A DNA stretch of 64,000 bases from Candidatus Kapaibacterium sp. Lineage in GTDB: Bacteria > Bacteroidota > Ignavibacteria > Kapaibacteriales > UBA2268. Below are positions 49,543 through 59,898 of the stretch, piece after piece. The notes under the pieces were generated by a model, which did no database searches, was not told the DNA's origin, and was given only the letters and a program-made list of their open reading frames with translations. The stretch covers positions 1,856,001 to 1,920,000 of the forward strand of contig OY762428.1 in the NCBI GenBank assembly GCA_963665665.1. Direction: 5' to 3'. Position numbers and translations under genes: made by a program. Each line of letters opens with the position of its first letter. The stretch's first letter is position 1.

Positions 49543-51204
49543 TTGGAGAAAGTTATGTATTGTTTTCAGTGTCAGGAAGCCACAAATGGTGTAGCATGTA
49601 CAGCAAAAGCAGGATATTGTGGTAAAACAGCCGAAGTTTCGGATTTGCAGGACCTTTTGGTTTATATTGTAAAGGGAATATCCTTTTATGCAGAAAAAGC
49701 AAGAGAAAAAGGAATCGACAGGGATGACGTAAATCAATTTACTCTTGATGCTTTATTTGCAACAATAACAAATTCAAATTTCGATGATAAAGCTATCAGG
49801 AATAAAATTCGCAAAGGCCTGTGGATGAAGGAAGAAATAAAGACTGATCTCGTAAATGCCGGTGGCAGCACTAATGGAGATACTCCGGATTGTGCAACAT
49901 GGTACGGGAACAGCGACATTGATTTTGCCAATAAAGCTGAAGAGATAGGAATTCTTGATACAAAAAACGAAGATGTACGCTCATTGCGGGAACTTATTAT
50001 TTATGGTGTTAAGGGAATGGCTGCATACGCAGACCATGCTTTCCGTCTGGGTTATAAAAATACTGAAATATTTGCATTCGTCCACAAGGCAATGGCTGCA
50101 ACAGTTAACGATAATCTCAGCGCCGACGAGCTGGTGGCCCTCGTTATGGAAACAGGTAAATACGGTGTGGATGTAATGGCACTTCTGGATAAGGCAAATA
50201 CTGAAAAATTTGGCAACCCGGAAATTACCAAGGTTAATATCGGTGTCAGGAACAATCCCGGTATTCTGATAAGCGGACACGACCTGAAGGATATGGAAGA
50301 ACTTCTTGCACAGACAGAAGGTACGGGAGTGGATGTATATACCCACAGTGAAATGCTTCCGGCTCATTATTATCCTGCATTCAAAAAATATGATCATTTC
50401 GTTGGCAATTACGGTAATGCATGGTGGAAACAGAACGAGGAATTCGAATCATTCAACGGGCCGGTACTCTTTACAACAAACTGTATTGTTCCCCCGAAAA
50501 AATCTAACAACTATAGCGAGCGTATTTATACTACTAATGCTGCAGGATACCCCGGGTTTAAATATATCCCTGACGGCCCGGACGGTAAGAAAGATTTTTC
50601 TGAGATAATCGAACAGGCTAAGAACTGCGCACCTCCGGTAGAGATTGAAACAGGAGAAATTGTTGGCGGATTTGCCCACGAACAGGTATTTGCGCTTGCA
50701 GATAAAGTTGTGGATGCGGTTAAATCCGGCGCAATTAAGAAATTCTTTGTAATGGCAGGTTGCGACGGCAGAATGAACAAAAGGGAATATTATACTGAAT
50801 TTGCTGAAAAATTACCAAAGGATACTGTAATACTTACAGCTGGATGTGCCAAATACCGTTACAACAAACTGCCTCTTGGCGATATTGGCGGTATTCCGCG
50901 CGTACTTGATGCAGGCCAGTGCAATGATTCATATTCTCTGGCACTTATAGCCCTGAAGCTTAAAGAAGTTTTCGGGCTTGAAGATGTGAACGACCTTCCG
51001 GTGGCGTACAACATTGCCTGGTATGAACAGAAGGCCGTTATTGTTCTGCTGGCGCTGCTTTACCTTGGCGTAAAAAATATTCATCTCGGGCCAACGCTTC
51101 CGGCATTCCTATCGCCGAATGTGGTAAATGTTCTTGTCGAGAAATTCGGTATTGGTGGTATTGGTGAAGTTGATGAAGATATAAAGATGTTCATGGATAA
51201 TTAA
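49543..51204 (+). CDS. hcp: Hydroxylamine reductase (hybrid-cluster protein)
   Basis: MYCFQCQE...C....[25 protein letters not shown] and WYEQKA motifs. Confidence 0.96.
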   Translation: MEKVMYCFQCQEATNGVACTAKAGYCGKTAEVSDLQDLLVYIVKGISFYAEKAREKGIDRDDVNQFTLDALFATITNSNFDDKAIRNKIRKGLWMKEEIKTDLVNAGGSTNGDTPDCATWYGNSDIDFANKAEEIGILDTKNEDVRSLRELIIYGVKGMAAYADHAFRLGYKNTEIFAFVHKAMAATVNDNLSADELVALVMETGKYGVDVMALLDKANTEKFGNPEITKVNIGVRNNPGILISGHDLKDMEELLAQTEGTGVDVYTHSEMLPAHYYPAFKKYDHFVGNYGNAWWKQNEEFESFNGPVLFTTNCIVPPKKSNNYSERIYTTNAAGYPGFKYIPDGPDGKKDFSEIIEQAKNCAPPVEIETGEIVGGFAHEQVFALADKVVDAVKSGAIKKFFVMAGCDGRMNKREYYTEFAEKLPKDTVILTAGCAKYRYNKLPLGDIGGIPRVLDAGQCNDSYSLALIALKLKEVFGLEDVNDLPVAYNIAWYEQKAVIVLLALLYLGVKNIHLGPTLPAFLSPNVVNVLVEKFGIGGIGEVDEDIKMFMDN

Positions 51205-51235
51205 TATCCGGCAAACAGATTTTTTATATATTTAT

Positions 51236-51270
51236 AACTCATCCGATCACTTCAAGTGGTCGGATGAGTT
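51236..51270. repeat. REP-like palindrome / bidirectional terminator
   Basis: AACTCATCCGATCACTT-C-AAGTGGTCGGATGAGTT. Confidence 0.7.
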
Positions 51271-51282
51271 TTTTTATTCTTT

Positions 51283-53778
51283 CTACTTCTCCACTACTAT
51301 CGGAATACTATCCGTGATGCCGTTGTGGCGGACGAGGATGAAGTAAATGCCCGAGGGAACTGCCGAACAATTCCAGATGAATTCTGCCGAGGCTTTGTTC
51401 AGCCAATTAATTTCGATATGTTCTTTGTTTTGTACCTGTTCGCCGGATAGATCGTAAACCCCTAATATTGATTCTTCAAGGTCGAAGCTCATATCGTAGG
51501 ATATCAGGGTTTTTATCAGGTTGCGGCCCGGCAAGGGATATGGATTCCCTGCATAGAAATGATTAGTGTAGTAAAGCTTTTCGGCTTGAATTTCAACCCC
51601 AACCGGGGCGTGTTCTTCTGTCATCATGCGGTAGTAGTTGAAGGGGCGCAGGCTGTCACTTAGCCCGACGAGAGCCACATTACCCTTGCATATAACGGAA
51701 GAAAATGTCGGGCGGCCATAATCCCAAGGGGCGTCCTCCCATTTCGTCAGGTCGTTTCGGTCAGTATTTTCAAGGAAAAGCTCCTCGCCGAGAATGTAGA
51801 ACTTCCCGCTAAGTTCCATAAAGAAAATGCTGTCCAGCTCTGCGTTTTCGTAAAGATTATCAAATGTATTGCGTTTTCTGTCGTACATCAGTATTCGTGC
51901 GGGATATGTAGCTGCAAAGAACACAGAATCCTTGTTCAGTTCATATATTTGGCTGAACTCAAGCCACTCGTCAATTTTGTATATTGATTTTCTTACCCTG
52001 CCGCTGTCTGTGGCTTCTAACACTTCAAAAGCTGAAAAATAATTCTGGCTTTGCTCTTTTGTTGAGCAGAACTTCAAAAAAGAATCAAAATTATCGGCAA
52101 GAACATAATGAACATAGCATAATGAATCGGTTACAGCAATATCGCAGTTCAGCTTCACCTCCGGGTTGGTCTCCTCGAATATGTTCTCGTCAAAAATATA
52201 AGTATAATTCGTTGATAAGGGATTGTCAAGATAAGCGCAAAACAGGTATTTGCTTCCGGATTTGCATATATTAGTCATGTTTCTTTCGGCAGGATTTCCG
52301 CATTGGTTAAATGGAGTTAAAGTATGCGGATAAAATGATTGCCCGTAATTGTTTGTATAGAAAATATTTCCGCAAGGGTAGTTCATCCAGGATTTATAGC
52401 CAAGTATGAAGCCGCTTCCGTCTTTATTGAAATACTGACTGCATGGATTTGTTAAAGATTCGTATTTTAAGAACGGTACTGTATCCTCAGGATTGGTAGT
52501 TGTCATTTTGGTTGGTTGGAATGTATTGCCATAATTATAGCTTGTATTGATTTCATTAAAATTATTATCGGAATAATATTCATTTTTCCTGAATGAATAT
52601 GTGGAATCATTCCATATAAATGCAGGCATACCGGAATTGCTGGAAACAAGCTCCCAGGATTCCCCGAGATTTTCAGCTTTAAGCAATGTGTTTTCTATTC
52701 CGGCGCTTAGAACTGTTTTATTCCCGCACACGTTATTGCGTTCCCTTATTTTCTTATATATGCTTGTTTTAAAAACTAACGGGTAACCGTAATTATACAG
52801 GCTGTGGTAATGATTAATAAATTTATTGCCGGTAATTAAAAAGGTGTCGGCAGGCGTAGGCGAATACTGATATATCGCGTAATCCGAATAAAATTCGAAT
52901 GTTGTATCGTTAATATAATCATTAGCATAAAGCATCTCATCAAAAGCAAAAAAAGTATTCCTTAGAACATAATTGTGATATATGTTATAATTTTCATCGG
53001 CGCTGTTCATATAAAGCGTATCTGCGAAAAAATATGTCCAATTCTGGTAATCAGCGTCAGGCTTATATAAGTGATCTGTAATATTAAAAACCGGTTCGCC
53101 ATAAATACTAAAAATATTTCTCAAGTCGTAAGTGGCAGGGTTGGTGATTGACATTTTATCATTTAGCGTAACTACCCTGCTTTCTATAAGGTCCGGGGAA
53201 AGAACAAGAAATGAACTGTATTTATATGAAAGAGCAGCAATAATATCGTTATTACAAACGCCAATAAATGTGTTGTCGTAACGTCCCGGCAATTCCTTCG
53301 GATATGAAAACGGATCGTAACTTTCTTCAGAAAATATTAAAGTATCAGAAAATTCATTTATCAGGTTGTAATTTTTATCGAATCGGAAAATACTTTGTTG
53401 GGTTCTGATATAAACAAAATCACCCGACGCTAAAATATTAACAAAAATATTATCCTCGCCTGTTTCGAATTTGGTTTTCAACCATGTTTTCCCTTTATCA
53501 ACCGATTTGAGCAATATATCCGGGTTCAATATTCCAAACAAAGTATCGTTTGCATTAACAATTTTCCTTATTTCACCGTATTCGTGAATATATCTGTGCT
53601 TCCAAGTTTTACCCCCGTCCATCGATTCCAGCCCCGAACCGTTCGTCCCGTAAGCAATAATATAATTCCCTGCGGCTACAGTACCAAAATAATGTATTTT
53701 AAGCGGCATAAGGTTGAAGGTTTCGGCGCGTGCGCTGAATATTGCAGTTAGAAATACTAGAACAATAATTTTTTTCAT
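51283..53778 (-). CDS. Secreted Asp-box protein with T9SS-like C-terminal domain, paralog A
   Basis: Signal peptide; SMDGGKTW and SVDKGKTW; C-terminal NPYPLP...PSGIYFI. Confidence 0.75.
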   Translation of the reverse strand: MKKIIVLVFLTAIFSARAETFNLMPLKIHYFGTVAAGNYIIAYGTNGSGLESMDGGKTWKHRYIHEYGEIRKIVNANDTLFGILNPDILLKSVDKGKTWLKTKFETGEDNIFVNILASGDFVYIRTQQSIFRFDKNYNLINEFSDTLIFSEESYDPFSYPKELPGRYDNTFIGVCNNDIIAALSYKYSSFLVLSPDLIESRVVTLNDKMSITNPATYDLRNIFSIYGEPVFNITDHLYKPDADYQNWTYFFADTLYMNSADENYNIYHNYVLRNTFFAFDEMLYANDYINDTTFEFYSDYAIYQYSPTPADTFLITGNKFINHYHSLYNYGYPLVFKTSIYKKIRERNNVCGNKTVLSAGIENTLLKAENLGESWELVSSNSGMPAFIWNDSTYSFRKNEYYSDNNFNEINTSYNYGNTFQPTKMTTTNPEDTVPFLKYESLTNPCSQYFNKDGSGFILGYKSWMNYPCGNIFYTNNYGQSFYPHTLTPFNQCGNPAERNMTNICKSGSKYLFCAYLDNPLSTNYTYIFDENIFEETNPEVKLNCDIAVTDSLCYVHYVLADNFDSFLKFCSTKEQSQNYFSAFEVLEATDSGRVRKSIYKIDEWLEFSQIYELNKDSVFFAATYPARILMYDRKRNTFDNLYENAELDSIFFMELSGKFYILGEELFLENTDRNDLTKWEDAPWDYGRPTFSSVICKGNVALVGLSDSLRPFNYYRMMTEEHAPVGVEIQAEKLYYTNHFYAGNPYPLPGRNLIKTLISYDMSFDLEESILGVYDLSGEQVQNKEHIEINWLNKASAEFIWNCSAVPSGIYFILVRHNGITDSIPIVVEK

Positions 53779-53808
53779 CTTCTCACCATTTATGATTAGT
53801 CAACAATT

Positions 53809-53844
53809 AAGTTCAACCGATGGCTTAAGCCATCGGTTGAACTT
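53809..53844. repeat. Perfect 36-bp palindrome between the paralogs
   Basis: AAGTTCAACCGATGGCTT|AAGCCATCGGTTGAACTT. Confidence 0.8.
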
Positions 53845-53850
53845 TCAATT

Positions 53851-56349
53851 CTACTTCTCCACTACTATCGGAATGCTGTCCGTGATGCCGTTGTGACGAA
53901 CGAGGATAAAGTAAATGCCCGAGGGAACTGCAGAACAGTTCCAGATGAATTCCGCCGAGGCTTTGTTCAGCCAATTTATTTCGATATGTTCTTTGTTTTG
54001 CACCTGCTCGCCGGAAAGATCGTAAATGCCCATAATTGATTCTTCAAGGTCGAAGCTCATATCGTAAGATATCCGTGTTTTTATCAGGTTGCGGCCCGGC
54101 AAGGGATATGGATTCCCTGCATAGAAATGATTAGTGTAGTAAAGCTTTTCGGCTTGAATTTCAACCCCTACCGGTGCGTGCTCTTCTGTCATCATGCGGT
54201 AGTAGTTGAAGGGGCGCAGGCTGTCACTTAGCCCGACGAGAGCCACATTGCCCTTGCAAATAACGGAAGAAAATGTCGGGCGGCCATAATCCCAGGGAGC
54301 GTCCTCCCATTTCGTCAGGTCGTTTCTGTCAGTATTTTCAAGGAAAAGCTCCTCGCCGAGAATGTAAAACTTTCCGCTAAGCTCCATAAAGAAAATGCTG
54401 TCCAGCTCTGCATTTTCGTAAAGATTATCAAATGTATTGCGTTTCCTGTCGTACATCAGTATTCGTGCGGGATATGTAGCGGCAAAGAACACAGAATCCT
54501 TGTTCAGTTCGTATATCTGGCTGAACTCAAGCCATTCGTCAATTTTGTATATTGATTTCCTTACCCTGCCGCTGTCTGTGGCTTCTAACACTTCAAAAGC
54601 TGAAAAATAATTCTGGCTTTGCTCTTTTGTGGAGCAGAACTTCAAAAAAGAATCAAAATTATCGGCAAGAACATAATGAACATAGCATAATGAATCGGTT
54701 ACAGCAATATCGCAGTTCAGCTTCACCTCCGGGTTGGTCTCCTCGAATATGTTCTCGTCAAAAATATAAGTATAATTCGTTGATAAGGGATTGTCAAGAT
54801 AGGCGCAAAACAGGTATTTGCTTCCGGATTTGCATATATTAGTCATGTTTCTTTCGGCAGGATTTCCGCAGTGGTTAAATGGCGTTAATGTGTGTGGATA
54901 AAACGATCGACCGTAATTGTTTGTATAGAAAATATTTCCGCAAGGGTAGTTCATCCAGGACTTATAGCCAAGTATAAAGCCGCTTCCGTCTTTATTGAAA
55001 TACTCACCGGATGGGTTTGTTAAGGCGTGATACGTTAATTCCGGAACAGAATCATGAATAATTGCAATTCTTTTTACTGGTTGGAATGTATTGCCGTAAT
55101 CAAAGCTTGTATTGATTTCATTAAAATTATTATCGGAATAATTTTCTTTTTTCCTGAATGAATATGTGGAATCATTCCAGATAAAAGCAGGCTTACCGGA
55201 GTTGCTGGAAACAAGCTCCCAGGATTCCCCGAGATTTTCAGCTTTTAGCAATGTGTTTTCTATTCCGGCGCTTAGAACTGTTTTATTCCCGCACACGTAA
55301 TTGCGTTCCCTTATTTTTTGATATATGCCGTTCTGAAAAACCGACGGCTGTCCGTAATTATTCAGGCTGTGGTAATGATTAATAAATTCATTTCCGATAT
55401 TAACAAATGTGTCTGCAGGCGTAGAAAAATATTGAAACAAACCAAAATCCCACTGAAATTGAAATGTTGTATCATCTATATAATCATTAGCATAAAGCAT
55501 TTTATCGAAAACATAATATGTATTTCCTAAAACATAATTATTCTTAAAATAATCCTTATCACTCCTGTTCATATAAAGCGTATCCGTGTAAAAATAAGTC
55601 CAGTTATCATAATCATCATCCGACATATATAGCTGACCGGCTATATTAAACACGTATTCTTCATTAATTTTCATTATGTCTCTTAGCCTGTATGTTGCCG
55701 GGTTAGTAATATACATTTTATCATTTAGCGTAATCACCCTGCTTTCTATAAGGTCCGGTGAAAGAACAAGGAATGAACTGTATTTATATGAAAGAGCAGC
55801 AATAATTTCGTCATTTCTTTCTCCAATAAAAGTGTTATCGTAATATTTAGGCAATTCATCAGGACTGAAAAAAGGATTTGAGCTTTCTTCCGAAATTATT
55901 AAAGTATCTATATATTCATTTATCAGGTTATAATTTTTATCGAATCGGAAAATACTTTGTTGGGTTCTGATATAAACAAAATCGCCAAAAGATAGAATAT
56001 TAACAAAAATATTATCCTCGCCTGTTTCGAATTTGGTTTTCAACCATGTTTTCCCTTTATCAACCGATTTGAGCAATATATCCGGGTTCAATATTCCAAA
56101 CAAAGTATCGTTTGCATTAACAATTTTCCTGATTTCACCATATTCGTGAATATATCTGTGCTTCCAAGTTTTACCGCCGTCTATCGACTCCAGCCCCGAT
56201 CCGTTCGTCCCGTAAGCAATAATATAATCCCCTGCGGCTACTGTACCCAAATAATGTATTTTCAGTGGCATAAGGTTGAAGGTTTGTGAACATATACTGA
56301 AAGCATTAAAGATAAAAAGAAAGATTGGCAGTAGATAATATTTTTTCAT
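53851..56349 (-). CDS. Secreted Asp-box protein with T9SS-like C-terminal domain, paralog B
   Basis: Near-duplicate of paralog A. Start moved to MKKYYLL (56349), which begins the signal peptide. Confidence 0.75.
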   Translation of the reverse strand: MKKYYLLPIFLFIFNAFSICSQTFNLMPLKIHYLGTVAAGDYIIAYGTNGSGLESIDGGKTWKHRYIHEYGEIRKIVNANDTLFGILNPDILLKSVDKGKTWLKTKFETGEDNIFVNILSFGDFVYIRTQQSIFRFDKNYNLINEYIDTLIISEESSNPFFSPDELPKYYDNTFIGERNDEIIAALSYKYSSFLVLSPDLIESRVITLNDKMYITNPATYRLRDIMKINEEYVFNIAGQLYMSDDDYDNWTYFYTDTLYMNRSDKDYFKNNYVLGNTYYVFDKMLYANDYIDDTTFQFQWDFGLFQYFSTPADTFVNIGNEFINHYHSLNNYGQPSVFQNGIYQKIRERNYVCGNKTVLSAGIENTLLKAENLGESWELVSSNSGKPAFIWNDSTYSFRKKENYSDNNFNEINTSFDYGNTFQPVKRIAIIHDSVPELTYHALTNPSGEYFNKDGSGFILGYKSWMNYPCGNIFYTNNYGRSFYPHTLTPFNHCGNPAERNMTNICKSGSKYLFCAYLDNPLSTNYTYIFDENIFEETNPEVKLNCDIAVTDSLCYVHYVLADNFDSFLKFCSTKEQSQNYFSAFEVLEATDSGRVRKSIYKIDEWLEFSQIYELNKDSVFFAATYPARILMYDRKRNTFDNLYENAELDSIFFMELSGKFYILGEELFLENTDRNDLTKWEDAPWDYGRPTFSSVICKGNVALVGLSDSLRPFNYYRMMTEEHAPVGVEIQAEKLYYTNHFYAGNPYPLPGRNLIKTRISYDMSFDLEESIMGIYDLSGEQVQNKEHIEINWLNKASAEFIWNCSAVPSGIYFILVRHNGITDSIPIVVEK

Positions 56350-56424
56350 TTTTTCACCTGAAATTAAGAATATGTAAATAAAATTGCGGAGGCATGGCAA
56401 GCCATACCTCCATAAATCAATAAT

Positions 56425-57063
56425 TTAATTGCAATCATCCTGGATTTGAACGCAATATAATACCCATGGTGTGGCTCCGTATATATAATTTGTATTTGGA
56501 CCATACGGTTCTTTTACGCATTCTCCATCTCCTGTAGTATAAGGATCATTTTCTACATAGTTTGTAAATGGTGTACAAGGAGTACGCGGAGAATTCCCTA
56601 TACAGTCCGGAGTACAATTACACCAACACCAATCAAAAACCCTTGTACAACGTAAATCACAACTTGAAGATCTTTTATAAGTCAAGGATGTCCCGTCCCA
56701 ATATATATCGGCGCATGAAAAGTTTGTAATTTCCACTGTTTTGGAACCCTGATCGCATGGTATTGAACCGCATAATTCTGCCTGGTTTTCTAAAACCCAT
56801 TCATCAAGAATATCCCATACAGCATCTTCATATCCGGGACAAACTCCCTGCATTTCTAATACTTCAACATACATATATGGTTGTGATGGTGGACATTCGT
56901 AACAAATTATTGCTTTTGCGTCAGGGCAGCCCGGCAACATATCCCCGATATTTGCTACCGAACAGACCTTTGGCGACAAACAAGCCGCGCATGGATCCTG
57001 TGCCTGGCTAAAACTAAACGAAAGCACTAATACTGCTATTACTAAAAATATAGTCTTTTTCAT
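56425..57063 (-). CDS. Secreted Cys-rich protein (20 Cys)
   Basis: Sec signal peptide MKKTIF...SQA; 20 cysteines in the mature part. Confidence 0.75.
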   Translation of the reverse strand: MKKTIFLVIAVLVLSFSFSQAQDPCAACLSPKVCSVANIGDMLPGCPDAKAIICYECPPSQPYMYVEVLEMQGVCPGYEDAVWDILDEWVLENQAELCGSIPCDQGSKTVEITNFSCADIYWDGTSLTYKRSSSCDLRCTRVFDWCWCNCTPDCIGNSPRTPCTPFTNYVENDPYTTGDGECVKEPYGPNTNYIYGATPWVLYCVQIQDDCN

Positions 57064-57298
57064 ATATCACTCTATTTTGTTATTTTTACATTTTTTGAAA
57101 ATTTCATTGCATTTACTGCAAAGCAATACAGCAAACGCAAGAGCGTCTGAAAAATATGGCACATTGACCTCTACAATTTTCCTTTAGACCGGAACGTAGA
57201 GTCAATCTGGGGTCGGGGTTTTCCCCGGCCTTTTTATTATTGCTGTTATGGGGATTATTTTTGTTACGGGCTTCTGTTCATCTCAACCTCCAATTATT

Positions 57299-57338
57299 TT
57301 GGCTTAATAAAAGCATTGGCTTAATAAAAGCATTGGCT
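57299..57338. repeat. 17-bp tandem duplication (TTGGCTTAATAAAAGCA x2 plus a partial copy)
   Basis: Read directly from the sequence. Confidence 0.8.
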
Positions 57339-57486
57339 CCACTGTTTTCAATTTGAAATATGAATTTGAATAAAGTTAATTAAAAGAAAATAAAAAAGCA
57401 AGAAAAAAACAAATAATCTTAAATTTTATTTCACAAGTATTTATGTTTTTATAACTATATTACTCATTAGAACTTTATAAAAAAAA

Positions 57487-57515
57487 TCATCCGATCACTT
57501 AGAGTGATCGGGTGA
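57487..57515. repeat. REP-like palindrome
   Basis: TCATCCGATCACT-TAG-AGTGATCGGGTGA, near-identical to the one at 51236. Confidence 0.7.
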
Positions 57516-57679
57516 GTGGTATATGTACTACCGTAATATCAATTATCCGATTACTTATATCAGAATGTATTTGTACTTTCTCAAAAAAAATATGTTTATT
57601 ATAAAGTTTGATCTTGGTAATTAGATTGCAAAATGATAACTTGCCTGTTGTTTTTGATAAAATATTATTAAGGCTGACA

Positions 57680-58312
57680 ATGAAAAAAATATTATTGATA
57701 ATGTCTGTATTTCTTATAGGATTTGCCGTGCAGGCACAGGAAAAAAGCCTGATACAGACTGCCTATAACGCGATAATGAACAAGGATTACGACCTGGCAA
57801 TGAAAAATTATTCAGAAGCGATAAAGGTGAATTCAAATTACGCTCCGTCCTATTACGGGCGGGGGCTTGCATATTTCTACAAAGGAGATATTGCTAATGC
57901 CATTAAGGATTTTGAAATAGCCGTAAAATTATCGCCGGATTATTATGAAGCATGGTACAGCAAGGGAGTATGTAATATCAAGGAGGGTAATTATCAGGAA
58001 GCAGTTGCAGACCTTACAAAAGCAGCTGATCTGAATAATGAATCTGCTGATGCTTATTATTCAAGGGCCAATGCTTATCATTTTATGAACAACGATGAAA
58101 AAGCATTAGAAGACTACTCAAAAGCTATTCAGACGGATCCGGATTACGGTTTGGCTTATTATGGCAGGGCTGTTGTTCATAAGCTTGCCGAAAGAGACGA
58201 ACTTGCCCTTAGCGATTTTAATAAATACCTTGACCTGAATGGTAACGACGACGGGCTTCTTGAAGAATGCCAAAGGCTTATCAGGGAAATAAAAAATCCT
58301 GACGATTATTAA
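57680..58312 (+). CDS. TPR-repeat protein with signal peptide
   Basis: Start moved to MKKILL; repeated AYY.RG.A...A..D...AI units. Confidence 0.88.
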   Translation: MKKILLIMSVFLIGFAVQAQEKSLIQTAYNAIMNKDYDLAMKNYSEAIKVNSNYAPSYYGRGLAYFYKGDIANAIKDFEIAVKLSPDYYEAWYSKGVCNIKEGNYQEAVADLTKAADLNNESADAYYSRANAYHFMNNDEKALEDYSKAIQTDPDYGLAYYGRAVVHKLAERDELALSDFNKYLDLNGNDDGLLEECQRLIREIKNPDDY

Positions 58313-58320
58313 GATTTTTT

Positions 58321-58521
58321 GTTATTACTCAGCATAAAGGAAGAATATGTTAACTGTTTTAAAAAAATTCCAAAGAATGTCACTCTGAACGAAGTGAAGA
58401 GTCTATTCTTCGTGATTTTATCCAAAAACATGTGGATTCTTCAGTCGCAAGCTCCTTCAGAATGACAATTTTGCAATTATTCTTTTCAAACAGAATAATA
58501 TCATCATAGCTGAATAGTAAC
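58321..58521. mobile_element. MITE copy 2 (TIR GTTATTACTCAGC / GCTGAATAGTAAC) containing a REP-like element at 58378-58467
   Basis: Colinear with 10414-10653; flanks GATTTTTT and AATTTTTT match at 7 of 8 positions (TSD). Confidence 0.75.
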
Positions 58522-58644
58522 AATTTTTTATGCAAATTGATTTAAAGAATTATCCCGGATGAATGTCCGGGATTTCTATTTCTGCTAATATTTAGCTTTC
58601 ACTAATTAATTCCCACTTAATATTCAAGTAATACGTCTTGCTGA

Positions 58645-59385
58645 ATGAACTTATTATTATTAGGAATTGAAATGCAATTTGATACAGAAGAAAAATCTTT
58701 AAAAGGGCTGCGTAAGATCAAAAAAGCGCTTATTCCAATATTGAAATCTGATAACTGGAATGAAAACCTTATTGATTTTGCAGAAAAATATGATTTTAGA
58801 ATTTCGGGCCCGTTGTTCTCGCTGATATGCGGAAATGATATTGAAATAAAAAATAAAGCTTTAAAGGGATTTTCCATACTGGGCGGTATGGATACCGACA
58901 GGGCAAGAATCCTGATCCGCCGTGCTGTATGGATGCTTACAGAGGAATCCGGCGGCCTGCCCTGGGGTGCCCCTGAAGCTATTGGAGAAATAATTGCTGC
59001 AAACAGGCAGCTTGCCATAGAATTTTCCAAACTGCTTATATCCTACGTTGATGAAATTGAGGAAGGCCCGGATAATTATATCGACCACACTCCACTGAGA
59101 ACCGGCGCTTATTATTCTTTATTGTTATTATCCGAAACCTATCCCGAACTGATGGAGGATTCGTGGAAATTATTGTACCGCTGCGTGTTCAAAGAAAATT
59201 CAGCAGCGTCGCTGGCCTTGCTTCTGCTGATTATCCAAAAGTTGAATGCAGCAGAATTGATACCGATGATTGAACAAAAAAAATTCCCCGACGCGAGAGT
59301 GGAATTACACAGATATGATCAGGTACATATTTATTCTTTAAAGATTTTAGCAGAAGAAACAATAAAAAAATTGAAAGTACAATAA
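58645..59385 (+). CDS. DVU0298-like helical-repeat protein
   Basis: RRAVWMLTEESGGLPWGAPEAIGEI motif. Confidence 0.7.
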   Translation: MNLLLLGIEMQFDTEEKSLKGLRKIKKALIPILKSDNWNENLIDFAEKYDFRISGPLFSLICGNDIEIKNKALKGFSILGGMDTDRARILIRRAVWMLTEESGGLPWGAPEAIGEIIAANRQLAIEFSKLLISYVDEIEEGPDNYIDHTPLRTGAYYSLLLLSETYPELMEDSWKLLYRCVFKENSAASLALLLLIIQKLNAAELIPMIEQKKFPDARVELHRYDQVHIYSLKILAEETIKKLKVQ

Positions 59386-59472
59386 TAAAAATTTGTATTT
59401 ATAATAAAATCAATTATTTTTCAGTTTGTTAATTAGTATGATATTTGAATTATTATTATAAAAGGGATTAAG

Positions 59473-59835
59473 ATGAAACCATTCCAGGCAAGTATCAGAG
59501 AAAAGGATAATTACGTTATTATGTTCTTGTCCGGTAGTTCCACTGCTGTGAACAAACAGGCTAAAGAAGTATTGAATTTGAGAAATAAATTTAAAGAGCT
59601 GGCAAAAAAATACAACAGGGTGATTGTTGATTTCAAGGAAGTGGAATATATAGCATCTGATACTATTGGCGCTATTCTTTCGGGTAATGCAATTATGAAG
59701 AAGAACGACGGCAAAGTTGTTTTGTCATCAGCTTCCGATTATGTGAAAAAAATATTTGATATCGTTCGTCTCGGGGATGTCCTTGATATATGCTCCGAAT
59801 TGGACGAAGCCGAAAAAGTGATATTCAAGGACTAA
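59473..59835 (+). CDS. STAS-domain anti-sigma-factor antagonist
   Basis: VIVDFKEVEYIASDTIG and VKKIFDIVRL motifs. Confidence 0.85.
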   Translation: MKPFQASIREKDNYVIMFLSGSSTAVNKQAKEVLNLRNKFKELAKKYNRVIVDFKEVEYIASDTIGAILSGNAIMKKNDGKVVLSSASDYVKKIFDIVRLGDVLDICSELDEAEKVIFKD

Positions 59836-59846
59836 TATATTTGATA

Positions 59847-59876
59847 AAGGCTTGTTCCTGTCAGGGTACAAGCCTT
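59847..59876 (+). terminator. Hairpin, probable terminator
   Basis: AAGGCTTGT...ACAAGCCTT followed by a T-rich tract. Confidence 0.55.
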
Positions 59877-59898
59877 GTTTATTTTCAGGAGATGTGAT

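Noticed and set aside
51283-56349. Diversity-generating retroelement behind the paralog differences
   Set aside because: No reverse transcriptase in the window, and the differences are not confined to adenines or to a short terminal region.
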